A stretch of 22,205 nucleotides of DNA from a virus (taxonomy: Duplodnaviria > Heunggongvirae > Uroviricota > Caudoviricetes), in IMG/VR virus record IMGVR_UViG_2671181094_000007, positions 1-22,205 of that record; one strand, written 5' to 3'. Below, in pieces: positions 16,326-22,205 of the stretch (within the stretch, counting starts at the first letter, position 1; each line of letters opens with the position of its first letter). The notes beneath the pieces were generated by a model that was not told the DNA's origin, did no database searches, and worked only from the letters and a program-made list of their open reading frames with translations. A program made the translations under genes and the position numbers.

Positions 16326-16351
16326 AGCCCGCCTCCGAGTGGGCTTTTGTT
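16326..16351 (+). terminator. Candidate tR'-like intrinsic terminator (Q antitermination target)
   Basis: AGCCC...GGGCT stem with 10-nt loop followed by TTTTGTT, about 50-70 nt downstream of the candidate late promoter. Confidence 0.4.
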
Positions 16352-16525
16352 GATCGTAAAAACAGTATGTATGGTATCTAACAATAGGTGATTCCTGCTT
16401 TGATGCAGGATGTGGATATGATACTGTATGTTTGTACACTATCAATATGATCAAATAACCAGTAACCACTTTAAATGAATTGGTATTAAATTAGACTCTT
16501 CCCTACTTCATTTGGATAAGAGTTT

Positions 16526-17566
16526 ATGGTTTCTGAAACTGTAACGATTACGTTCTATAAAATTCAAAAATGTGGTTACTACCGTTACGGTGTTGTAAGC
16601 CCTGCATTTGGTGGTTGTGACGAGTTGCTCACAGATCTTGCTTTATGGGCAGAAGGGAAAAAACTCAAACAGACAAAGACATATGAAGCAAATGATGAGG
16701 TTTTACCTGCTTATCTTCTGGATATGAAACGTGCTGGTGACAATGTGGTTTTGTTGCTCTGGAATGAGGTTCCTTCTACAGATCAAAGTGTTCCATCGGT
16801 TCAGGAAGATACAGAATTTGGTACGGACCCAACAGTAATACTTAATTCAATCCAGAAGGGAAGTATTCCTGGTTTTGCTACTTACTTTTGGTTTATTCCA
16901 TCCATGGATTTAGTGGCTAGCATCAAGTTTAACCATGCTTTGACGGGACAGAAGGCGATGCAATGCTATCTCTATCATTTTTTAAAACAGTCATCAAGCC
17001 ACGTTGTGGCGGAAAGTGTGGAGAAGGAAGATGGCACGCATGAGGTGGTTATCAAGGGCTATAAAATTAACCCAACAGATGATGTGCTGCCAAAGAAAAA
17101 ACACTATCCACAGTTCGTAGCTGGTTTAGTAAGAAATCCTGGTAAACATGAAGTTATTAGGCAGAATGCTAATATTGTTTCTAAAATTGAAAAGGTTGTT
17201 GAACTTGATGTGTCAAAACCTGACGAGTTTAGCCTGTGGCAAAAACTATTGATTAATATGAATATTAGCCATCCACAAACTGCAAATACCTCAACAAAAA
17301 TTAGATATGAACTTTCTCCGAATGTTGATATTGATGACATCGAGGGGATGATTGATGATTGGAATAAACATAGCGATACAAACTCTTGTGATTATGGTTT
17401 TGTATTTAAAGGAGATCCAACGACATATTGGCTCAGTCGTTCATTAGCACGAACCAAATTCCACTTGAATTTGGAGCGACAGGACGCCGAGTTTGTGTCC
17501 TCGGAATCTCTTCTTTCTGAACTTGTAGGCAAAAGGGAGCTCATATTACGCGAGGCGGGAATGTAG
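16526..17566 (+). CDS. Hypothetical soluble protein, 346 aa; first gene of AT-rich two-gene cargo module (candidate defence or abortive-infection sensor)
   Basis: Long ORF MVSETVTITFYKIQKCGYYRYGVVSPAFGGCDELLTDLALWAEGKK... with AT-rich codon usage unlike flanking phage genes; no Walker or nuclease motif recognised; stop is immediately followed by the next ATG (ATGTAGATGA). Confidence 0.6.
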   Translation: MVSETVTITFYKIQKCGYYRYGVVSPAFGGCDELLTDLALWAEGKKLKQTKTYEANDEVLPAYLLDMKRAGDNVVLLLWNEVPSTDQSVPSVQEDTEFGTDPTVILNSIQKGSIPGFATYFWFIPSMDLVASIKFNHALTGQKAMQCYLYHFLKQSSSHVVAESVEKEDGTHEVVIKGYKINPTDDVLPKKKHYPQFVAGLVRNPGKHEVIRQNANIVSKIEKVVELDVSKPDEFSLWQKLLINMNISHPQTANTSTKIRYELSPNVDIDDIEGMIDDWNKHSDTNSCDYGFVFKGDPTTYWLSRSLARTKFHLNLERQDAEFVSSESLLSELVGKRELILREAGM

Positions 17567-18076
17567 ATGAAAATCTTAGGTGGAATTTTTCTTATGGTCG
17601 TTCTGATTTTTTCTGCCTATTTTGGGAAGAATGTTCCCTTCTCATCCCAGTGGCCTCTTTATGAGGCCCTGCGAACTACAGCATCCATTATCTTTGCAGT
17701 TGTGGGAGCTTGGTTTGCGATAATCTATCCTGAACGATTAAAAAAATCATTTAGAGGTGGCAGTTCAGCGAGTGAATCTAATGGCAGTGGGATTACAAGG
17801 TTATTTACACCAATTGTACATTCTACTGCTATTTTAGCATCAGTTTTAATTATTGGCGTTGTTGCGCCATTAGTAAAACAGATACCGTTTTTTATAGATC
17901 ACAAGGACATTTTTAGGGGCGCGTCATATGCCATTTTGGTTTTTTTAACTTTATGGCAACTGTTGACAGTAATTTATAGTCTCATTGGTCCTGATATGGT
18001 TAAAAGACATAACTCGTTCCAAGAGAGAGAGAAAGATGCTGCTAATTCTATATTACCTGTCAATAAACGCAAATAA
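17567..18076 (+). CDS. Small integral membrane protein, 169 aa, four predicted TM helices; second gene of cargo module (candidate effector)
   Basis: Hydrophobic segments at roughly residues 3-19, 38-54, 83-103 and 119-140 (ILGGIFLMVVLIFSAYF, TASIIFAVVGAWFAIIY, IVHSTAILASVLIIGVVAPLV, ASYAILVFLTLWQLLTVIYSLI); starts directly after the upstream stop. Confidence 0.6.
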   Translation: MKILGGIFLMVVLIFSAYFGKNVPFSSQWPLYEALRTTASIIFAVVGAWFAIIYPERLKKSFRGGSSASESNGSGITRLFTPIVHSTAILASVLIIGVVAPLVKQIPFFIDHKDIFRGASYAILVFLTLWQLLTVIYSLIGPDMVKRHNSFQEREKDAANSILPVNKRK

Positions 18077-18171
18077 CATTTAAGTTAGTAAATTCGTTTC
18101 TTGAGTCGAGTCGCCATGTTGATGGTTTTGTATTTATTATAACGAATAACGGGTTCTTTTGATCATTTTAT

Positions 18172-18194
18172 CCGCCGTACTAGGCGGTTTTTTT
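18172..18194 (+). terminator. Rho-independent terminator closing the two-gene cargo module
   Basis: CCGCC-GTACTA-GGCGG stem-loop followed by TTTTTTT. Confidence 0.65.
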
Positions 18195-18388
18195 ATTCAG
18201 AATTTTGTTTCTTTATGGCTCGCTACGGCGGGCCTTTTTCATATCCGCGCCACGTCCGGCGTACATCGCATCAGATAACACCACACAAAAGGCATCTGCG
18301 GGTGTCTTTGACGGGGTGTTTTTTACGGGCCGCTGGTGGCCATTTTTTGTTTCCATTACACAGCGCCCGCATCTGCGAGGTGGGGGTT

Positions 18389-18604
18389 ATGAAATCCATG
18401 GATAAGTTAACAACAGGTGTCGCCTATGGCACCTCCGCAGGCAGTGCTGGCTACTGGTTTTTACAGTTGCTCGATAGAGTCACGCCCTCACAGTGGGCAG
18501 CAATAGGTGTGCTGGGTAGTCTGGTGTTTGGCCTGTTGACGTATCTGACAAATCTTTATTTCAAGATTAAAGAAGATAAGCGTAAGGCTGCACGGGGAGA
18601 GTAA
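18389..18604 (+). CDS. Holin (EssD/EssQ-like), 71 aa
   Basis: [71 protein letters not shown]; GAGGTGGGGG SD; first gene of the lysis cassette. Confidence 0.85.
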   Translation: MKSMDKLTTGVAYGTSAGSAGYWFLQLLDRVTPSQWAAIGVLGSLVFGLLTYLTNLYFKIKEDKRKAARGE

Positions 18605-18608
18605 TTCA

Positions 18609-18953
18609 ATGACTCAAAACTATGAACTGATTGTGAAAGGGATCCGCAATTTTGAGAATAAAGTTACGGTAACTTTAGCGTTACGGGACAAAAAACGCTT
18701 TGACGGTGAAATTTTAGACCTGGACATCTCGCTGGACCGTGTTGAAGGTGCCGCGCTGGAGTTTTATGAGGCAGCAGCCAGAAGAAGCATCAGACAGGTC
18801 TTCCTGGATGTTGCTGCCGGGTTATGTGAAGGGGATGAGCAGTCACCGGAAAAGCGCCCCATAATTTTAGAGGCGCAGGGTGTGTGGATAACCTACAAAG
18901 GAAAACTGCCGGGAAGAATTACTGGTTCACTGAAGACTCCGCCGAAATGGTAA
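18609..18953 (+). CDS. ydfR: DUF1327/YdfR-like protein between holin and endolysin, 114 aa
   Basis: N-terminus MTQNYELIVKGIRNFENKVTVTLALRDKKRFDGEILDLD...EGAALEFYEAAARRS resembles recalled YdfR; starts 5 nt after the holin stop; C-terminal third looks divergent. Confidence 0.55.
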   Translation: MTQNYELIVKGIRNFENKVTVTLALRDKKRFDGEILDLDISLDRVEGAALEFYEAAARRSIRQVFLDVAAGLCEGDEQSPEKRPIILEAQGVWITYKGKLPGRITGSLKTPPKW

Positions 18954-19191
18954 TTTCACCAGCATATTTTTCTTCCAGTAATACCGCCAGCCACTTGAAA
19001 GAATTTTGTTGTTGCTGGGACCATTTGGGGTTGAGTGATTCAAGCTGGAGCGATGCCAGTGTTGGTTGCATTTGTTCCTTGGGAATTGAGAATGCCAGAT
19101 ATGAAAATGCGACAGTAAGGGCATTTACATCATCCCGAAGCCTGGAAATGCAGTCGAGCAACTCCTGTAGAGAAATGGTGCTATTGTCCAT
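18919..19191 (-). CDS. Hypothetical protein, 90 aa, antisense-oriented inside the lysis cassette
   Basis: Minus-strand ORF MDNSTISLQELLDCISRLRDDVNALTVAFSYLAFSIPKEQMQPTLASLQLESLNPKW... with GAGAGG 7 nt upstream; it fills an otherwise 340-bp non-coding gap and reads more protein-like than the overlapping plus-strand ORF. Confidence 0.35.
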   Translation of the reverse strand: MDNSTISLQELLDCISRLRDDVNALTVAFSYLAFSIPKEQMQPTLASLQLESLNPKWSQQQQNSFKWLAVLLEEKYAGEITISAESSVNQ

Positions 19192-19296
19192 AAATAATCC
19201 TCTCTATTGTATTTAACTATTCCTTGCCTGATTCAACAGGCCGGGACAGATAAACATATCCAGGGTTCAGAAACCGATAAATCCTGATAAATATCC

Positions 19297-19830
19297 ATGA
19301 ACGCAAAAATCAGATACGGCCTGTCGGCTGCCGTTCTGGCACTGATTGCCGTCGGTGCGCCTGCGCCTGATATTCTCGACCAGTTTCTGGATGAAAAAGA
19401 AGGTAACCACACAACGGCATACCGCGATGGTTCCGGTATATGGACCATCTGTCGTGGTGCCACAATGGTGGATGGTAAGCCCGTCATACCGGGAATGAGG
19501 CTGTCGAAGGAAAAATGCGACCAGGTTAACGCTATTGAACGTGATAAGGCGCTGGCATGGGTGGAGCGCAATATTAAAGTACCACTGACCGAACCACAGA
19601 AAGCGGGTATAGCGTCATTTTGTCCCTATAACATTGGCCCCGGTAAGTGTTTCCCGTCGACGTTTTATAAGCGGCTGAATGCCGGTGATCGTAAGGGTGC
19701 ATGCGAGGCGATTCGCTGGTGGATAAAAGATGGTGGGCGCGATTGCCGCATACGTTCAAATAACTGCTATGGACAGGTTATTCGTCGTGACCAGGAAAGC
19801 GCATTAGCCTGTTGGGGGATAGATCAGTGA
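19297..19830 (+). CDS. Phage lysozyme / SAR-type endolysin (glycoside hydrolase family 24), 177 aa
   Basis: N-terminal hydrophobic signal-anchor ([16 protein letters not shown]) followed by catalytic region [22 protein letters not shown]; resembles recalled phage 21-type endolysins (RrrD/RrrQ). Confidence 0.85.
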   Translation: MNAKIRYGLSAAVLALIAVGAPAPDILDQFLDEKEGNHTTAYRDGSGIWTICRGATMVDGKPVIPGMRLSKEKCDQVNAIERDKALAWVERNIKVPLTEPQKAGIASFCPYNIGPGKCFPSTFYKRLNAGDRKGACEAIRWWIKDGGRDCRIRSNNCYGQVIRRDQESALACWGIDQ

Positions 19831-20291
19831 GCAGAGTCGCCGCGATTATTTATGCTCTGGTTATCTGCATCATCGTCTGCCTGTCATGGGCTGTTAATCA
19901 TTACCGTGATAACGCCACCGCCTACAAAGAGCAGCGCGACAAAAATGCCAGAGAACTGAAGCTGGCGAACGCGGCAATTACTGACATGCAGATGCGTCAG
20001 CGTGATGTTGCTGCGCTCGATGCAAAATACACGAAGGAGTTAGCTGATGCGAAAGCTGAAAATGATGCTCTGCGTGATGATGTTGCCGCTGGTCGTCGTC
20101 GGTTGCACATCAAAGCAGTCTGTCAGTCAGTGCGTGAAGCCACCACCGCCTCCGGCGTGGATAATGCAGCCTCCCCCCGACTGGCAGACACCGCTGAACG
20201 GGATTATTTCACCCTCCGGGAACGACTGGTAATGATGCAGGCCCAACTTGAAGGTGCTCAGCAATACATAACCGAACAGTGTTTAAAGTAA
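19827..20291 (+). CDS. rzpR: Spanin inner-membrane subunit Rz, 154 aa, GTG start
   Basis: GTG start overlapping the endolysin stop; N-terminal TM helix ([17 protein letters not shown]) then coiled-coil region; contains the embedded Rz1 gene in the +1 frame. Confidence 0.75.
   Translation: MSRVAAIIYALVICIIVCLSWAVNHYRDNATAYKEQRDKNARELKLANAAITDMQMRQRDVAALDAKYTKELADAKAENDALRDDVAAGRRRLHIKAVCQSVREATTASGVDNAASPRLADTAERDYFTLRERLVMMQAQLEGAQQYITEQCLK
20047..20232 (+). CDS. rzoR: Spanin outer-membrane lipoprotein Rz1, 61 aa, embedded in Rz
   Basis: [24 protein letters not shown]... with lipobox VVVGC and Pro-rich mature region; lies entirely inside rz in another frame, the classic Rz/Rz1 architecture. 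Confidence 0.8.
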   Translation: MRKLKMMLCVMMLPLVVVGCTSKQSVSQCVKPPPPPAWIMQPPPDWQTPLNGIISPSGNDW

Positions 20292-20428
20292 AATCTTAAC
20301 TACAATATGATTCATTTTGATGATTGTTTCATAAGGAACAGTGAAGTAAGATCTAAGAGGAGTTAAATTTTATACAGTATAATCATAATATTGCAGCAAG
20401 GTGGTTATAATTGAAAGAATATTTAGAT

Positions 20429-21886
20429 ATGAATACATCTCATGTAAGAGTTGTTACTCATATGTGTGGGTTCCTGGTTTGGCTCTATAGTCTTTCAATG
20501 TTGCCACCAATGGTTGTAGCATTGTTTTATAAAGAAAAAAGCCTGTTCGTTTTCTTTATAACTTTCGTTATATTTTTTTGCATTGGTGGCGGAGCGTGGT
20601 ATACAACTAAGAAATCTGGCATTCAATTACGTACCCGTGATGGGTTTATTATAATTGTAATGTTTTGGATTTTGTTTTCTGTTATTAGTGCATTCCCTTT
20701 ATGGATTGACTCAGAACTTAATTTAACGTTCATTGATGCTCTGTTTGAAGGGGTTTCTGGAATAACAACAACAGGAGCAACTGTAATTGATGATGTTAGT
20801 TCATTACCTCGGGCATATTTGTACTATCGGTCACAGTTAAATTTTATAGGTGGTTTAGGAGTTATTGTTCTGGCGGTTGCTGTATTGCCATTATTGGGTA
20901 TTGGTGGTGCAAAGCTTTATCAGTCAGAAATGCCGGGGCCATTTAAGGATGACAAACTCACTCCCCGCCTGGCCGATACGTCACGGACACTGTGGATAAC
21001 TTATTCTTTATTAGGTATTGCTTGTATTGTCTGTTATAGACTTGCAGGAATGCCTTTGTTTGATGCTATTTGTCACGGGATTTCCACAGTTTCGCTTGGT
21101 GGTTTCTCAACTCATAGCGAGAGTATCGGATATTTTAATAACTATTTGGTTGAGCTGGTGGCTGGTTCTTTTTCCCTGCTATCGGCTTTCAACTTCACTC
21201 TTTGGTATATTGTTATTAGCAGGAAAACGATAAAACCTTTAATCAGAGATATTGAACTTCGTTTCTTTCTGTTAATAGCCTTAGGGGTGATCATTGTTAC
21301 CTCTTTCCAGGTCTGGCATATAGGTATGTATGACTTGCATGGAAGTTTTATTCATTCGTTTTTTCTTGCCAGCTCCATGCTCACTGATAATGGTTTAGCT
21401 ACGCAGGATTATGCAAGTTGGCCCACGCACACGATAGTGTTTTTGCTGTTGTCAAGTTTCTTTGGGGGATGTATAGGTTCAACTTGTGGTGGAATTAAGT
21501 CACTTCGATTTCTTATACTTTTCAAACAAAGCAAACACGAGATAAATCAGCTTTCTCATCCCAGAGCGTTGTTGAGTGTAAATGTAGGAGGGAAGATAGT
21601 TACAGATCGTGTAATGAGGTCTGTATGGAGTTTCTTTTTTCTTTATACTCTCTTCACGGTGTTTTTTATACTGGTGTTAAATGGTATGGGATATGATTTT
21701 CTTACATCATTTGCAACAGTGGCTGCATGTATTAATAATATGGGATTAGGTTTTGGGGCTACTGCATCGTCATTCGGAGTGCTTAATGACATTGCAAAAT
21801 GTTTAATGTGCATAGCTATGATTCTTGGTCGCCTTGAAATTTATCCTGTTATTATATTGTTTTCAGGTTTTTTTTGGCGCTCCTAA
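20429..21886 (+). CDS. trkG: Trk-system potassium uptake protein TrkG, 485 aa
   Basis: MNTSHVRVVTHMCGFLVWLYSLSMLPPMVVALFYKEK...; multi-pass membrane protein; AT-rich codon usage; follows the spanin genes as in Rac. Confidence 0.9.
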   Translation: MNTSHVRVVTHMCGFLVWLYSLSMLPPMVVALFYKEKSLFVFFITFVIFFCIGGGAWYTTKKSGIQLRTRDGFIIIVMFWILFSVISAFPLWIDSELNLTFIDALFEGVSGITTTGATVIDDVSSLPRAYLYYRSQLNFIGGLGVIVLAVAVLPLLGIGGAKLYQSEMPGPFKDDKLTPRLADTSRTLWITYSLLGIACIVCYRLAGMPLFDAICHGISTVSLGGFSTHSESIGYFNNYLVELVAGSFSLLSAFNFTLWYIVISRKTIKPLIRDIELRFFLLIALGVIIVTSFQVWHIGMYDLHGSFIHSFFLASSMLTDNGLATQDYASWPTHTIVFLLLSSFFGGCIGSTCGGIKSLRFLILFKQSKHEINQLSHPRALLSVNVGGKIVTDRVMRSVWSFFFLYTLFTVFFILVLNGMGYDFLTSFATVAACINNMGLGFGATASSFGVLNDIAKCLMCIAMILGRLEIYPVIILFSGFFWRS

Positions 21887-21911
21887 TATATGGCTGATTT
21901 ATAATTGTGAG

Positions 21912-22205
21912 GGTAATGACTCCAACTTATTGATAGTGTTTTATGTTCAGATAATGCCCGATGACTTTGTCATGCAGCTCCACCGATTTTGAGAACGACA
22001 GCGACTTCCGTCCCAGCCGTGCCAGGTGCTGCCTCAGATTCAGGTTATGCCGCTCAATTCGCTGCGTATATCGCTTGCTGATTACGTGCAGCTTTCCCTT
22101 CAGGCGGGATTCATACAGCGGCCAGCCATCCGTCATCCATATCACCACGTCAAAGGGTGACAGCAGGCTCATAAGACGCCCCAGCGTCGCCATAGTGCGC
22201 TCACC
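21912..22205. mobile_element. IS1 insertion sequence, partial (one end plus about 290 bp; continues beyond the window)
   Basis: Sequence from GGTAATGACTCCAACTTATTGATAGTGTTTTATGTTCAG matches the recalled IS1 terminal inverted repeat and adjacent insB region. Confidence 0.85.
21927..22205 (-). CDS. insB: IS1 transposase InsB, C-terminal part (5' end outside the window)
   Basis: Translation ...[88 protein letters not shown] matches the recalled InsB C-terminus; the reading frame is open to the window edge. Confidence 0.8.
   Translation of the reverse strand, partial: GERTMATLGRLMSLLSPFDVVIWMTDGWPLYESRLKGKLHVISKRYTQRIERHNLNLRQHLARLGRKSLSFSKSVELHDKVIGHYLNIKHYQ

Noticed and set aside
18215-18388. 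58-codon upstream extension of the holin ORF
   Set aside because: Holin family start MKSMDK has its own SD at 18389; the upstream extension covers the terminator and direct-repeat region and is Arg/His-rich.
18884-19216. Plus-strand 110-aa ORF between the ydfR-like gene and the endolysin
   Set aside because: Ser/Cys-rich low-complexity translation; the overlapping minus-strand 90-aa ORF is more protein-like and has an SD.
1-22205. CRISPR arrays, tRNA or rRNA genes
   Set aside because: No regularly spaced direct repeats with unique spacers and no cloverleaf-like or rRNA-like sequence seen; in particular no tRNA cluster between Q and the lysis genes.

Overview
This window is a mosaic lambdoid prophage of the E. 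coli Rac family, read from the integrase stop codon at position 1 to an IS1 copy truncated at the window end. The left arm is a minus-strand early operon (intR, xisR, ydaC-like, ralR, recT, recE, racC, ydaE, kilR, ydaF, ydaG) with sieB on the opposite strand. The immunity and replication region follows: racR divergent from ydaS-ydaT, then ydaU and a DnaC-like ydaV. After a block of small unrecognised ORFs (11191-13135) come a Hok-family toxin, rem-like, ydfU-like, rusA-like and Q-antiterminator genes, then the lysis cassette, trkG and IS1. All gene names are from recalled sequence similarity and operon layout; no database search was run. The most interesting candidate is an AT-rich two-gene operon (16526-18076) inserted between Q and the holin: a 346-aa soluble protein translationally coupled to a 169-aa four-helix membrane protein, with no family I can recognise. 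Other leads are two hyper-acidic small proteins, an ORF interrupted at a dnaX-type slippery heptamer, three 19-bp palindromes around the ydaU start, and repeated ATGTACT motifs flanking racR. No tRNA, rRNA or CRISPR array was seen.
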